The notes beneath the pieces were generated by a model, which was given only the letters and a program-made list of their open reading frames with translations, was not told the DNA's origin and made no database searches. Shown piece by piece: positions 1 to 10,497 of a stretch of 64,000 nt of DNA (positions are counted from its first letter, which is position 1; each line of letters begins with the position of its first letter). This DNA is from Pseudobdellovibrionaceae bacterium (GTDB lineage Bacteria; Bdellovibrionota; Bdellovibrionia; Bdellovibrionales; UBA1609), in assembly GCA_023954155.1 (NCBI GenBank), contig JAMLIO010000001.1, positions 437,322 to 501,321 of the forward strand, in the 5' to 3' direction. Position numbers and translations under genes: made by a program.

Positions 1-138
1 TTCTTCAAATGACTCTTCAGTCAATTGAGAAATAGGAACGGTAAGGTGCTGCCATATTCCTGGCAGATCAATGAACTTAAGGTCAACCATGCGTACACCT
101 TGTTCTTTACACATCTCCAATATCTCTTTAATTTTCAT
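1..138 (-). CDS. glnA: glutamine synthetase type I, N-terminal fragment (continues off the window)
   Basis: Absent from the ORF track because it runs off the window. The reverse-strand ATG at 138..136 gives MKIKEILEMCKEQGVRMVDLKFIDLPGIWQHLTVPISQLTEESFEE, a typical GlnA N-terminus. It lies immediately downstream of glnB. Confidence 0.8.
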   Translation of the reverse strand, partial: MKIKEILEMCKEQGVRMVDLKFIDLPGIWQHLTVPISQLTEESFEE

Positions 139-209
139 ACACGAATTCCTTTTTTTGTTGGGTTAAAGTAAATAAAAAAATATAATAATAACCAAAGATC
201 AATGAGAAA

Positions 210-548
210 CTACAAAGCTTCTTCATCTTGCTCACCTGTGCGAATACGAACAGCGCGTTCTACGTTGTAGACAAAAATCTTCCCATCACCAAGTTTACCA
301 GTGAAGGCAGACTGCTTGATAGCATCTATTGTGGGCTCAGTAAGGGCATCGTTGATGATCACTTCAATTTTAATTTTTGGTAAAAAATCCACAACGTATT
401 CAGAACCTTGAAAGACTTCAGCATTGGCTTTTTGATTTCCAAACCCGCGGATCTCAGAGACAGAAATACTAGTGATCCCGATTTCTGTCAGAGCATCAAT
501 CACCTCGTCTAATTTAAAGGGTTTGATTATCGCTTCAATCTTTTTCAT
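210..548 (-). CDS. glnB: nitrogen regulatory protein P-II
   Basis: 112 aa, MKKIEAIIKPFKLDEV...GDGKIFV...RIRTGE. This is the full-length canonical PII signature and length. Confidence 0.95.
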   Translation of the reverse strand: MKKIEAIIKPFKLDEVIDALTEIGITSISVSEIRGFGNQKANAEVFQGSEYVVDFLPKIKIEVIINDALTEPTIDAIKQSAFTGKLGDGKIFVYNVERAVRIRTGEQDEEAL

Positions 549-612
549 GAAGTGTTTTGGTATCCTTCAGTTGACCCTCGTTACAGACGGGTGTGGGTTT
601 AGTTATGTTATA

Positions 613-628
613 AGCATATAATGGGCCA
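613..628 (-). promoter_or_regulatory. candidate sigma54 (-24/-12) promoter for glnB-glnA
   Basis: The reverse strand reads TGGCCCATTATATGCT. The GG and GC dinucleotides have exactly the spacing of the consensus TGGCAC-N5-TTGC. It sits about 65 nt upstream of the glnB ATG. Confidence 0.45.
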
Positions 629-684
629 CAGAAAATAATGCAACGCAAAAACAATCAAAAAAAAACAATGGTATCAATGCGCCC

Positions 685-1158
685 ATGATAGAGACCGTCC
701 CGCGACTTCACATAGTGCTTTGGCAGCCAGAGATTCCCAATAATACGGGCAATATTGGCCGAACGTGTTTGGCTCTGGAAGCCCACCTGCACCTGATTAA
801 ACCTTTGGGTTTTGATATATCTGATAAGCAACTTAAAAGAGCGGGTTTGGACTACTGGCCCCATCTCAACAAATCGGTCTATGAATCTTGGGAGCACTTT
901 GCAGAAGGTAAAGACCCTCAGCGGCTGTATTTCCTGACGACAAAAACTAAAAAGTTGTATTTTGAACCTCAATATCAACAGGGGGACTATTTGGTGTTTG
1001 GTCGTGAGACGTGTGGTCTGCCAGACTCGATCATGGATCTCAACCCCGAGCATAAAGTGCGCATCCCGATGTTAGGGATGACTCGGAGTTTGAACCTCGC
1101 TAATAGTGTGGCCATTGCAGGCTATGAGGTCTTCAGACAGCAATTGACGCCAAGATAA
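685..1158 (+). CDS. trmL: tRNA (cytidine/uridine-2'-O)-methyltransferase, SpoU/TrmL family
   Basis: 157 aa. HIVLWQPEIPNNTGNIGRTC and the C-terminal SLNLANSVAI motif are typical of the TrmL/YibK SPOUT knot. Confidence 0.85.
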   Translation: MIETVPRLHIVLWQPEIPNNTGNIGRTCLALEAHLHLIKPLGFDISDKQLKRAGLDYWPHLNKSVYESWEHFAEGKDPQRLYFLTTKTKKLYFEPQYQQGDYLVFGRETCGLPDSIMDLNPEHKVRIPMLGMTRSLNLANSVAIAGYEVFRQQLTPR

Positions 1159-1211
1159 ACTCTTGCTGTAAAATTGATGCCTTGGGGGTCGCTTTTTGTT
1201 AAACTCCCAGA

Positions 1212-3878
1212 ATGGCAAATTTATTAGCAAAAATTTTTGGTACATCCCACGATAGAGAAATGAAAAGGCTTCAGCCCTTTGTTCAAAAAATAAACGCTCT
1301 TGAACCCCAAATGGAAAAACTCACCGATTCTGAACTGCAAAATCAGACACAGATTTTTAAAGACAGATTGGCAAAAGGGGAGACCTTAGATGACATCCTC
1401 ATCGAAGCTTTTGCGACCTTAAGAGAGGCCGCAAAAAGAGTTTTGGGTATGAGACACTACGATGTGCAGCTCATTGGGGGGATGACCTTGCATCGTGGCG
1501 CCGTGGCTGAGATGCGAACAGGGGAAGGCAAAACCTTGGTTGCGACCTTACCTGTATATTTGAATGCTCTTTCTGGTAAAGGCGTGCACGTTGTGACAGT
1601 GAACGACTACTTGGCTACCAGAGACTCAGAGTGGATGGGACAGTTGTACAAATGGATGGGACTTTCGGTAGGCATCATTGTGCATAACCTCAGCGATCAA
1701 CAACGTAAAGAATCCTACAATTGCGATATCGTATACGGAACTAACAACGAATTTGGTTTTGATTATTTGCGCGACAACATGAAGTTCAGTGCCGAGCGTT
1801 TTGTACAGAGGGAACTCAACTACGCCATTGTCGATGAATGTGACTCGATCTTGATTGATGAGGCGAGAACGCCATTGATCATTTCAGGACCCTCAGAGGA
1901 CTCTGTAGATAAGTATTACGAGATCAACAAGATCATCCCGAAGCTCCAGTTAGATGTACACTTCACAATGGAAGAAAAGTCTAAACAAGTGTCATTGACT
2001 GAAGACGGAAACGCCAAAGTCGAAGAGCTTTTGGGCGTGGATAACATTTATGACATTCAAAACATCTGGATGATGCATCACATTTACCAAGGCTTAAAAG
2101 CTCACCATCTTTTTAAAAGAGATGTGGATTATATGATTGTGGATGATGAGATTGTGATCGTGGATGAATTTACAGGTCGATTGATGCCTGGTCGACGTTG
2201 GAGCGATGGCTTACATCAAGCTGTTGAGGCCAAAGAGGGCGTAACGGTAAAAAGTGAAAACCAAACTCTAGCAACGATCACCTTCCAAAACTTTTTTAGA
2301 ATGTACAATAAACTTTCTGGTATGACAGGAACTGCAGAAACTGAAGCCATGGAGTTTAAAAAGATTTATAATTTAGACGTTGTGGTGATTCCCACAAACA
2401 AACCTATTGCAAGAAAAGACTTAAACGATGTGATCTATAAAAACGAAGCGGCGAAATATCGCGCTATCGTTGAAGACATCAAATCACGAGCTGCAAAAGG
2501 CCAACCTATTCTTGTGGGTACAGTGAGCATTGAAAAATCTGAGCGACTCAGTTCGATGCTACAGAAGTACAATGTTAAACATAGTGTCTTAAATGCTAAG
2601 CACCACGAACATGAAGCAGAAATCGTAGCGCAAGCGGGTCGACTGGCTGCCGTGACCATTGCCACCAACATGGCGGGAAGAGGGACGGATATTGTTCTGG
2701 GGGGAAACTCAGAATTTATGGCCAGAAGAATCAATGCAGATGAGACGACCGAAGAGTACAAAGAAGCTCTTAGACGCTTTAAAGCCCAATGCGAAGAAGA
2801 AAAGAAAAAAGTTTTAGAGGCGGGCGGTTTGTACATCATTGGTACTGAACGCCATGAAGCAAGACGTGTGGACAACCAGTTGCGAGGTCGTGCTGGACGT
2901 CAAGGGGACCCAGGGGAGTCCAAATTTTATCTCAGTTTAGATGACGATCTTTTGCGTATCTTTAATGGCGACACGATGAAAAGGATCATGGAAAGATTTA
3001 ATTTCCCTGAAGATGAACCTATTGAAGCACGCATGGTGAACCGTTCTATTGAAGGTGCACAGAAGAAAGTGGAAGGTCACAACTTTGAGATTCGTAAGAG
3101 TCTGATTGAGTTTGATGATGTGATGAACCAACAACGAACAATCATTTATGGTTTACGTCGAGAAGTGCTTCAAGGCGAAAACATTGAACGTTCAGTTTTA
3201 GACGTTATGGGGGATGTGACCTCAGATATTTTAGATAGGTATGCTCCTGAAGATGCAAAATTGTCAGATTGGGATTTAGAAAGCATGGCCTCAGCTTTGA
3301 ACCGTATTGGTGTAAATTACACGGCCGCAGATTTGCAAAATATCCCTGCCCAAGACATCACAAATACAGTCAGTGCCGCAGTTAAAGAGGTATTTGATTC
3401 GCAAAAGACAAGACTTGCGAGCATTTTTGATCAAGTTGTCAGAATGGTTTACCTAGAGGCGATTGATACTTTATGGAAAGATCACTTAAAAAATATTGAT
3501 AAAATTCGTGAAGGGATACATCTGCGCGCTTATGGACAGAAAGACCCTGTGGCGGAATATAAAAAAGAGGCCTTTAAAGCTTTTGAAAGTGTCTTAGCTG
3601 AAATCAAAAATACTACAGTGGAAAGAGTGTTACGAGTACAGGTGCTCACTCCTGAAGAAGTGGAGGCGAGTCGACGCGAGTTTGAAGATGAGAACCTTGA
3701 TTACTCTGGTTCAGAGGATGGGGTTTCTGCTTTTGACAGCACACAAAGCCAACAACTCATGGGAATGACTCAAAATCATCAGAACTTACAAATGAATCGT
3801 GGCCCCAGTGCGCAGGATTTGAATCGCAAACAAAGACGACAGTCTGAAAAGAAAAAAAAGAAAAAATTAAAACTTTAA
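1212..3878 (+). CDS. secA: preprotein translocase ATPase SecA
   Basis: 888 aa. It has MRTGEGKTLVATLP (Walker A), DEARTPLIISG, TNMAGRGTDI and a lysine-rich tail. Confidence 0.98.
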   Translation: MANLLAKIFGTSHDREMKRLQPFVQKINALEPQMEKLTDSELQNQTQIFKDRLAKGETLDDILIEAFATLREAAKRVLGMRHYDVQLIGGMTLHRGAVAEMRTGEGKTLVATLPVYLNALSGKGVHVVTVNDYLATRDSEWMGQLYKWMGLSVGIIVHNLSDQQRKESYNCDIVYGTNNEFGFDYLRDNMKFSAERFVQRELNYAIVDECDSILIDEARTPLIISGPSEDSVDKYYEINKIIPKLQLDVHFTMEEKSKQVSLTEDGNAKVEELLGVDNIYDIQNIWMMHHIYQGLKAHHLFKRDVDYMIVDDEIVIVDEFTGRLMPGRRWSDGLHQAVEAKEGVTVKSENQTLATITFQNFFRMYNKLSGMTGTAETEAMEFKKIYNLDVVVIPTNKPIARKDLNDVIYKNEAAKYRAIVEDIKSRAAKGQPILVGTVSIEKSERLSSMLQKYNVKHSVLNAKHHEHEAEIVAQAGRLAAVTIATNMAGRGTDIVLGGNSEFMARRINADETTEEYKEALRRFKAQCEEEKKKVLEAGGLYIIGTERHEARRVDNQLRGRAGRQGDPGESKFYLSLDDDLLRIFNGDTMKRIMERFNFPEDEPIEARMVNRSIEGAQKKVEGHNFEIRKSLIEFDDVMNQQRTIIYGLRREVLQGENIERSVLDVMGDVTSDILDRYAPEDAKLSDWDLESMASALNRIGVNYTAADLQNIPAQDITNTVSAAVKEVFDSQKTRLASIFDQVVRMVYLEAIDTLWKDHLKNIDKIREGIHLRAYGQKDPVAEYKKEAFKAFESVLAEIKNTTVERVLRVQVLTPEEVEASRREFEDENLDYSGSEDGVSAFDSTQSQQLMGMTQNHQNLQMNRGPSAQDLNRKQRRQSEKKKKKKLKL

Positions 3879-3895
3879 TCATTTAAAGGAGCAAA

Positions 3896-5017
3896 GTGGC
3901 CCACTGTCCTTCATGTCAGACTGAAATTGGAGATGATTTTGGCTTGGTGAATTGCCCAGGCTGTGGGGTAGTGTGCTTTGTGGATTTAGATGGCAATGCC
4001 ATTTTGCAAAATGAAGACTTACAAAACTTTGATACCTCTTCAATTGCAGAAGAAGTGACCGATGGCCTAGGTCTTTCATCGCAATACGATGGGGCCACAG
4101 GAACCATAGAAGATTCATCAATAGAAGAATCTTGGCAAATTGACGAAACCACCACGGAAGAAGAACCTTGGGATGGTGGGATCGCTGCGACAGAAGAGTC
4201 TCTAGAGGGTCTTGTAGAGGAAGCTTACTCAGCAGAGAGTCTTGAAGCCGACGACACCGAAGAGGTAACCGACCCTCAAGGTGTCTCTCTACAGGAAGAC
4301 ACGTATTCTGATGATGAGGCGAACGCTTACGAAAATTACGAAGAGGACTCTCTAGAAGATGAGCTTTTGGCGGATGAGAGTGGAACGGCAGAGACCGACG
4401 AGAGCGCGACTGAAGATTTCGGAGAAGATAACGAAGTGCAAGATCTTGAAGCGATGACATCGTCATCGGGTGGTGGGAGTGAAGACGATGATGCGTTGGA
4501 CACAGGAACACCATCCCCTATGAGCGTGGATGATTTTCTAAATGAGATTGAAGTTTTTGGAGGGATGGATTCTGAACCTTTTCAGGCCTCCGCTTACTTT
4601 TTTGATATTACAATTTCAGGAATTGATTCTAAAGATATAAGAACAGAAATCTTAGAAACATTAAGCAACTCTAAACTTCGATTAGAAGAAGAGAATTTAT
4701 CCAAAAAGATTGTTGCAGGACAATTACAACTCTTTCAAATCCCTGCGGTTAAAGCGGCGATCATCATTCAGAGTTTGGCGCATCTTAATTGCGAACTGGA
4801 TTGGAAACTGAAAGAAGCTCAAGACTTGGGTTACGAAGATACAGGAATGGCGCTTACAGAAGATTCATTAGAAGGTGAGATCGGAGAAGAACCTATTGTC
4901 GAAGACAATGATAGCTTTGATGATTTGATCGAGAGCTACGATGATGAAGAGAGCGTGGATATTGAAGAGGTCCAAGACGGCGAAGAGTATGACTCAGGAT
5001 ATGAGTCTGAATCATAA
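3896..5017 (+). CDS. hypothetical protein: N-terminal CxxC-x15-CxxC zinc ribbon, long D/E-rich low-complexity region, folded C-terminal domain
   Basis: 373 aa beginning MAHCPSCQTEIGDDFGLVNCPGCG. About 200 aa are dominated by D, E, S and T. An AGGAG-type RBS (aaaggagca) lies upstream. The 211-aa antisense ORF is a low-complexity artefact. Confidence 0.6.
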   Translation: MAHCPSCQTEIGDDFGLVNCPGCGVVCFVDLDGNAILQNEDLQNFDTSSIAEEVTDGLGLSSQYDGATGTIEDSSIEESWQIDETTTEEEPWDGGIAATEESLEGLVEEAYSAESLEADDTEEVTDPQGVSLQEDTYSDDEANAYENYEEDSLEDELLADESGTAETDESATEDFGEDNEVQDLEAMTSSSGGGSEDDDALDTGTPSPMSVDDFLNEIEVFGGMDSEPFQASAYFFDITISGIDSKDIRTEILETLSNSKLRLEEENLSKKIVAGQLQLFQIPAVKAAIIIQSLAHLNCELDWKLKEAQDLGYEDTGMALTEDSLEGEIGEEPIVEDNDSFDDLIESYDDEESVDIEEVQDGEEYDSGYESES

Positions 5018-5039
5018 AATAAAAAGTGAAGTAATAGGT

Positions 5040-5153
5040 AGTGTTCGGTAGAGAGTACCTGTGTCTGACGGGAGGAATCCTGATTGAAGTTCCATACTGA
5101 AAGCGCTTCACCAACCATTTACGTGGGTGAGGATGTTGGGTTACCGACAGCAT
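5040..5153 (-). pseudogene. degenerate partial duplicate of the 3' half of the adjacent BamE-like lipoprotein gene
   Basis: caccaaccatttacgtgggtgaggatg (about 5109-5135) parallels caccaaccatttgcgtggggtgcggctgtgaggatg (about 5329-5364). The peptide PHPRKWLVKRFQYGT parallels PHSRTPRKWLVKYSFQHGT. There is no signal peptide or N-terminal half. Confidence 0.35.
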
Positions 5154-5172
5154 GTTTTTGTGGGTAACCCAC

Positions 5173-5556
5173 CTAAAGAGATTTAAAGTTGCCGTCTTTA
5201 TTTTGCTGATTAGGATCAGACTGCTTCAGTCTTTCTTTGGCCTGCTCTTCGATCTGACGGATCTCATCAGGGTGAGGAACCATTTCTGGAGAAATCTCGA
5301 CCAAAGTCCCATGTTGAAAAGAGTATTTCACCAACCATTTGCGTGGGGTGCGGCTGTGAGGATGTTTGGTTTCTGTACGATACACCCAGTGTGTGAAATT
5401 AACATCATCAATGGTTTCATCAGGTGACCCAAATCGTTGCACCACTTCAGAGGTGGACAATCCCAGTGGGGCACTCACGAGACGGTCATGTAGGCTTGCG
5501 CAACTGGTCAACAGTGCAAGGAAGCTCAAACCAAGTATGAAACCTAAGTTCTTCAT
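5173..5556 (-). CDS. small lipoprotein, BamE/SmpA-OmlA-like
   Basis: 127 aa. The signal peptide has a lipobox (LALLTSC). The size and the pattern GLSTSEVVQRFGSPDE...HWVY resemble the SmpA_OmlA fold. This is a family-level guess. Confidence 0.5.
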   Translation of the reverse strand: MKNLGFILGLSFLALLTSCASLHDRLVSAPLGLSTSEVVQRFGSPDETIDDVNFTHWVYRTETKHPHSRTPRKWLVKYSFQHGTLVEISPEMVPHPDEIRQIEEQAKERLKQSDPNQQNKDGNFKSL

Positions 5557-5775
5557 AGTCTTACGTTATCAGGGATTTTAGAGTTCGCCAAATCATTTGC
5601 GGCCTAGATTTTTTCACAGAAATTCGAGTTGTAGTAAGATGAAAATCTCAAAAATTGCACAGATATTAAGCGAACTTAATCCATTTTGAAGGTGAAAATT
5701 AATTGATCATTCAGTTGATTTATTCCATTGTGAGGGGTAATTACAAAACTATACCAAATTTTAAGGAGACTGCGA

Positions 5776-6303
5776 ATGTCCACTCAAGACCCCTACAATC
5801 GTTCAGGGTATTATATGTTTCTCGGCAGTATGGTTGCCTCGTTGTTATTTTTCTTTTATCTGAGTTTCCTTCATCCAGGCGTAAGAGGCGTAGACCACAA
5901 TATTGTTAAAGACTACAACCCAGATGCAGCAAGTACAAAATTTGATTTGGCTACGGCCGAAGAGCCTTGGCTATCTTCAGACAATATGATTGCTGCGGGC
6001 AAAAAATCTTACGATGTAAACTGTGCCGTTTGCCATGCTGCGGATGGGACAGGTATCGCAGCTATGGGTGCTAGAAACCTAGTAGAAGGCAAATGGAAAA
6101 AAGGCGGCACATCCATCCATTTATTTGAGACTATCACCAAAGGTTTAGAAAGAGACCCATCGGTTCCTGGGATTATGGCTCCCTTTGGCCACCTGCCTGC
6201 AAATGAAAGATGGGCCTTGGTGCACTTCATTCGATCTATTACAAACAATAAAGCGGCCGATGATTCAGCAGAGTTAGAAAGCTTTGGTAAGGCAAATATG
6301 TAG
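5776..6303 (+). CDS. membrane-anchored class I cytochrome c
   Basis: 175 aa with an N-terminal TM helix and the heme-binding motif CAVCH. It is the first gene of the oxidase cluster. Confidence 0.8.
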   Translation: MSTQDPYNRSGYYMFLGSMVASLLFFFYLSFLHPGVRGVDHNIVKDYNPDAASTKFDLATAEEPWLSSDNMIAAGKKSYDVNCAVCHAADGTGIAAMGARNLVEGKWKKGGTSIHLFETITKGLERDPSVPGIMAPFGHLPANERWALVHFIRSITNNKAADDSAELESFGKANM

Positions 6304-6338
6304 TCCACCAAAAGGACTTCACATAAAAGAAGAGAAAA

Positions 6339-7241
6339 ATGTTTACACAGAAGACAGTCATTATGGATTTCAAAAAGGACGGACGTCATTTTCAGTTCGG
6401 CCTTTTTGCCATACTTTGGGTTCTGTGTGCATTTCCGTTATTTGCTCAGGCTTATGACACCAAAAATCCTACGGAAGTAGACGTCGCAAGAGAAAGAAAA
6501 AAACTAGAAAATGTAGGCCTAAATCCTGATAAACTAGGCTCACAAATTGATCTTAATCTAGAGTTTGCTGACGAACACGGCAACACGGCCCCGCTTAAAG
6601 ATTACTTTAATGGTGATCTTCCTGTGTTGCTGTCTCTGGTTTATTACAGATGCCCTAATCTTTGTAACTTTCACATGAACGGCGTGGTAGCTGCTTTAGA
6701 CAAAGTGAAACTACAGCCCAACACTGAATATCGTTGGCTGACCGTGAGCATGGACACCGAGGAAACTCCCGAGCAGGCTTTGGATAAGAAAAAACTCTAC
6801 CTTGAGCAAGAATCCAAAGAGGCTTCTACAAAAAGAGAACAGTTGGAAAATGGATGGAAGTTTCTTACGGGTTCCGAAGCCAACGTCAAGGCGCTGACTG
6901 AGCAATTAGGTTTCGCTTACAGATGGGACCCTGAGAGCAAACAATTTGCTCACGAAGCCGCTATTTATACAGTCACTTCTGATGGAACTATTGCGCAGAT
7001 ACTACCAGGAATTGAATTTATCCCTCAAACAATTCAGCTGACATTAGTGGATGCAGCAAAAGGGAAGATCGGCACCTTTGTGGATAAAATGTCATTGATG
7101 TGCTTCCAGTTCGATCCAAAGAGAAACAAGTACACGGTCTATGCTTACAACTTTATGAGAGCAGGAGCGGTGTTTACGGTTTTACTATTACTTATATTTT
7201 TAGGTCCTAATTTGTATCAATCGCTTAAGAGAAAGAGTTAA
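6339..7241 (+). CDS. SCO1/SenC family copper chaperone
   Basis: 300 aa with a thioredoxin-like CPNLC (CxxxC) motif and a downstream His (FAHEAAIY). It lies next to cox genes. The start could instead be the internal Met at 6363. Confidence 0.8.
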   Translation: MFTQKTVIMDFKKDGRHFQFGLFAILWVLCAFPLFAQAYDTKNPTEVDVARERKKLENVGLNPDKLGSQIDLNLEFADEHGNTAPLKDYFNGDLPVLLSLVYYRCPNLCNFHMNGVVAALDKVKLQPNTEYRWLTVSMDTEETPEQALDKKKLYLEQESKEASTKREQLENGWKFLTGSEANVKALTEQLGFAYRWDPESKQFAHEAAIYTVTSDGTIAQILPGIEFIPQTIQLTLVDAAKGKIGTFVDKMSLMCFQFDPKRNKYTVYAYNFMRAGAVFTVLLLLIFLGPNLYQSLKRKS

Positions 7242-7253
7242 GGAGAATCACGC

Positions 7254-8216
7254 ATGTTGAGTTTTTTGATCAATTCAGCTCACGCCAGCAGCTACATGCC
7301 ATTTCAAGGAACTGAAATCGCACAGAAGGTAGATAGTCTCTATGGGTTTCTACTTGTAGCAAGTTTAATATCATTTCTTATGCTTATCGGCGGAATGATG
7401 TATTTTGCTGTAAAGTACAAACGTAGAACAGAAAACGATGCTACACCCAACATCACTCATAACAACATGTTAGAGTTTTCTTGGAGTTTCATTCCGTTTT
7501 TGATTTTTATGTTTGTGTTTGTGTGGGGCTTTTTGATTCACAAAGATATGCGTGAAGCTCCAGAAGGCGCGTTTGAAATTCAAGTTACAGGTTATCAATG
7601 GGGTTGGCAGTTTGATTATAAAAGTGGTGTAAGAACTAACACAGAGTTTGCTGTGCCTGTCGGTCGACCTGTAAAACTAGTTATGACCTCCACAGATGTG
7701 CTGCACAGTTTCTATGTTCCTGCATTTCGTATTAAGCAAGACGTGATCCCAGGGGCTTACACCTCTTTGTGGTTTGATGCAAAAAATCCAGGTGACTATC
7801 GCGTTTTTTGTGCTGAGTTTTGTGGAACAAGTCACTCTGAAATGCTTGCCGTATTAAAAGTTTTACCTGCAGATGAATTTGAACAATGGCTTTTAGAAAA
7901 GAGCAAAGTTAAGGATTTACCTTTGGCAGAAAGAGGACGAATTTTGGTTGAAGAGGGTACTTGTGTAGCCTGTCATAGTATGGACGACCAAAGAAAGATC
8001 GGTCCTGGCTTTGCGGGCCTATGGGGCAGTCAGCGTGAGTTTACTGACGGTACAACAGCCGTTGCGGATGAAAATTATATTCGTGAATCCATGCTGTTCC
8101 CATCTAAAAAAATTGTAAAAGGTTATGCTGATCAAATGAACGTACAAAACTTAGACGACGAACAGATTCAAGCTATCATTGAGTACTTTAAAACTCGTGC
8201 TAGCGAAACAAATTAA
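7254..8216 (+). CDS. ctaC: cytochrome c oxidase subunit II with fused C-terminal cytochrome c (caa3-type)
   Basis: 320 aa with the CuA motif HSFYVP...CAEFCGTSHSEM and the C-terminal heme c motif CVACH. Confidence 0.95.
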   Translation: MLSFLINSAHASSYMPFQGTEIAQKVDSLYGFLLVASLISFLMLIGGMMYFAVKYKRRTENDATPNITHNNMLEFSWSFIPFLIFMFVFVWGFLIHKDMREAPEGAFEIQVTGYQWGWQFDYKSGVRTNTEFAVPVGRPVKLVMTSTDVLHSFYVPAFRIKQDVIPGAYTSLWFDAKNPGDYRVFCAEFCGTSHSEMLAVLKVLPADEFEQWLLEKSKVKDLPLAERGRILVEEGTCVACHSMDDQRKIGPGFAGLWGSQREFTDGTTAVADENYIRESMLFPSKKIVKGYADQMNVQNLDDEQIQAIIEYFKTRASETN

Positions 8217-8228
8217 GGAGAGTAGATA

Positions 8229-9830
8229 ATGGCTAATTCTACATCAGGTTTGAATTATTTAAATCATGAAAAGGGCCTCTGGTCTTGGTTAACATCATTA
8301 GATCATAAGCGTATTTCCATACTGTACTTTGTGGCGGTATTTGCTTTCTTCTTTTTAGGTGGTGTTTTTGCATTACTGTTAAGGTTAGAGTTGATTAACC
8401 CTGGGGCTTTATTTGTGACGGCTGATACGTACAACCAATTTATGACGTATCATGGCTCTATCATGACATTTATGGTGATCATTCCAGGGATTCCCGCTTT
8501 TGTTGGGAACTTCGTTTTGCCTCTACACTTAGGAGCCAAGGACGTAGCCTTTCCCAGAGTCAACTTATTGAGTTGGTACTGTCTGATTGTGGGCGCGGCC
8601 GTAGCCTTCACTTCGTTGCTGGTGGGGGGCGCTGATACAGGTTGGACATTCTATACTCCTTATAGCGTAAGCAAGTCGGCTGCAGGAACTACCTTGTTAG
8701 TTGCTGGTGCGTTCATAATCGGGTTCTCATCCATTCTGACAGGTTTGAATTTCATTGCGACAACCCATCGACTTCGCACGAAGGGTATGACCTTTTTCAA
8801 CATGCCTTTGATGGTATGGGCTTTGTACTCTACAGCGATCATTCAAATCATTGCGACACCTGTATTGGGGATCACACTTTTACTTCTGATTCTAGAAAGA
8901 ACTTTAGGTGTGGGTTTCTTTGACCCTGCACTAGGTGGTGACCCCGTATTGTTCCAACACTTTTTCTGGTTCTATTCACATCCTGCTGTGTACATCATGG
9001 TGATCCCTGCAATGGGTGTGATCAGTGAAGTGATCACATGTTTTGCGCGCAAACAGATCTTTGGTTACAAGGCCATTGCGTTCTCTTCAGTGGGTATTGC
9101 GGCAGTGAGTTTCTTTGTTTGGGGACATCACATGTTTGTCAGTGGTCAGTCTTCATGGGCAAGTTGGTTGTTCTCGTTAATCACTATGCTCGTAGGGGTT
9201 CCTACTGCGATTAAAGTGTTTAACTGGGTGGCCACTTTATACAAAGGCTCTATTGATTTTAAAGCTCCAATGCTATTTGCGTTAGGATTTATTTTCCTAT
9301 TCACCATTGGTGGTGTGACAGGAATCATGTTGGCCACATTGCCTGTCAACGTTCACTTTCATGACACCTACTTCATCGTGGCTCACTTTCACTATGTGAT
9401 GGTAGGAGGAACTTTGATGTCCATGATGGCGGCTTTATATTATTGGATGCCAAAGATGTTTGGTAAGATGTACGATCAGTTTTTAGCTCAAGTGACTTTT
9501 GTGTTTATTTTTATGGGCTTTAACGTGACCTTCTTCCCTCAATTCATCTTAGGCGCAATGGGTATGCCTCGTCGCTACTACACTTACCTGCCTGAGTTCA
9601 CAAGCTTAAACGTGATCTCAACAGTAGGATCGTGGTTGATTGGTATTGGATTTTTGATCTCTCTTTATGTTGTGATTAAATGTATCCGCAGTGGACCTCC
9701 TGCTGGAGATAATCCTTGGGGTGCTAAGACTTTAGAGTGGCAGACTACGTCTCCGCCGCCGCACGAAAATTTCTATGAAACACCAGTTGTAACAGGAGGG
9801 CCGTATGAGTACAGCAGTGAATCGCACTAA
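8229..9830 (+). CDS. ctaD: cytochrome c oxidase subunit I
   Basis: 533 aa with 12 or more TM helices and [20 protein letters not shown] motifs. Confidence 0.98.
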   Translation: MANSTSGLNYLNHEKGLWSWLTSLDHKRISILYFVAVFAFFFLGGVFALLLRLELINPGALFVTADTYNQFMTYHGSIMTFMVIIPGIPAFVGNFVLPLHLGAKDVAFPRVNLLSWYCLIVGAAVAFTSLLVGGADTGWTFYTPYSVSKSAAGTTLLVAGAFIIGFSSILTGLNFIATTHRLRTKGMTFFNMPLMVWALYSTAIIQIIATPVLGITLLLLILERTLGVGFFDPALGGDPVLFQHFFWFYSHPAVYIMVIPAMGVISEVITCFARKQIFGYKAIAFSSVGIAAVSFFVWGHHMFVSGQSSWASWLFSLITMLVGVPTAIKVFNWVATLYKGSIDFKAPMLFALGFIFLFTIGGVTGIMLATLPVNVHFHDTYFIVAHFHYVMVGGTLMSMMAALYYWMPKMFGKMYDQFLAQVTFVFIFMGFNVTFFPQFILGAMGMPRRYYTYLPEFTSLNVISTVGSWLIGIGFLISLYVVIKCIRSGPPAGDNPWGAKTLEWQTTSPPPHENFYETPVVTGGPYEYSSESH

Positions 9831-10449
9831 GGGCGAATTTGCACATCACTTTGAAAATGCAGATGCTGAGTTTGAAGCCAGCAAATTCGGGATATGGTTA
9901 TTTCTTTGCACTGAAATCTTAATGTTTGGCGGTCTGTTTGTACTGTACGCCATGTTTTCAGCTAGATATCCTGAAATTTTTGAAGAAGGCTCTAAGTTTC
10001 TAAATTGGAAATATGGTGCGGTAAACACGGTGCTTCTATTGTTCAGCTCTTTAACCATTGCGCTGTCGGTTCATTTCTTACAAAAGAACAACACAAAGGC
10101 GGCGGTGCTAAACCTGTGGATAACGCTCTTTTGTGCCGCGGGCTTTATGGGAATTAAATATATTGAGTACACGCATAAGTTTCACGATCACTTATTCCCA
10201 GGCAAGTTTTTTGCGCACGAGACTGTAGTAGATAATTTGGCCTTATATTTTTCTCTTTATTTTTCGATGACGGGCTTGCACGGCATTCACGTATTGATCG
10301 GGATGGGATTGATCACATGGGTTCTAATTAGAGCACGTAGAAATGAATTTAATTCTAACTACTACACACCCGTAGAGTGTGTAGCTTTGTTTTGGCACTT
10401 AGTGGACTTGGTTTGGATTTATTTATTCCCGTTGCTATACTTGGTTTAA
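9805..10449 (+). CDS. ctaE: cytochrome c oxidase subunit III
   Basis: 214 aa containing [21 protein letters not shown]...[19 protein letters not shown] lies inside the ctaD 3' end. Confidence 0.9.
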   Translation: MSTAVNRTKGEFAHHFENADAEFEASKFGIWLFLCTEILMFGGLFVLYAMFSARYPEIFEEGSKFLNWKYGAVNTVLLLFSSLTIALSVHFLQKNNTKAAVLNLWITLFCAAGFMGIKYIEYTHKFHDHLFPGKFFAHETVVDNLALYFSLYFSMTGLHGIHVLIGMGLITWVLIRARRNEFNSNYYTPVECVALFWHLVDLVWIYLFPLLYLV

Positions 10450-10497
10450 TAGGGCATCGGTACAAACATATTGGATTTTTAAGAAAAGAGGAAAAGT

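Noticed and set aside
3879-4514. 211-aa reverse-strand ORF, plus other long antisense ORFs (for example 655-1053, 2435-2875, 20568-20891 and 41236-41592).
   Set aside because: They lie entirely antisense to strongly supported genes (the acidic protein, trmL, secA, hmuU, nrdJ). They have low-complexity or implausible composition and no RBS. They are typical shadow ORFs.
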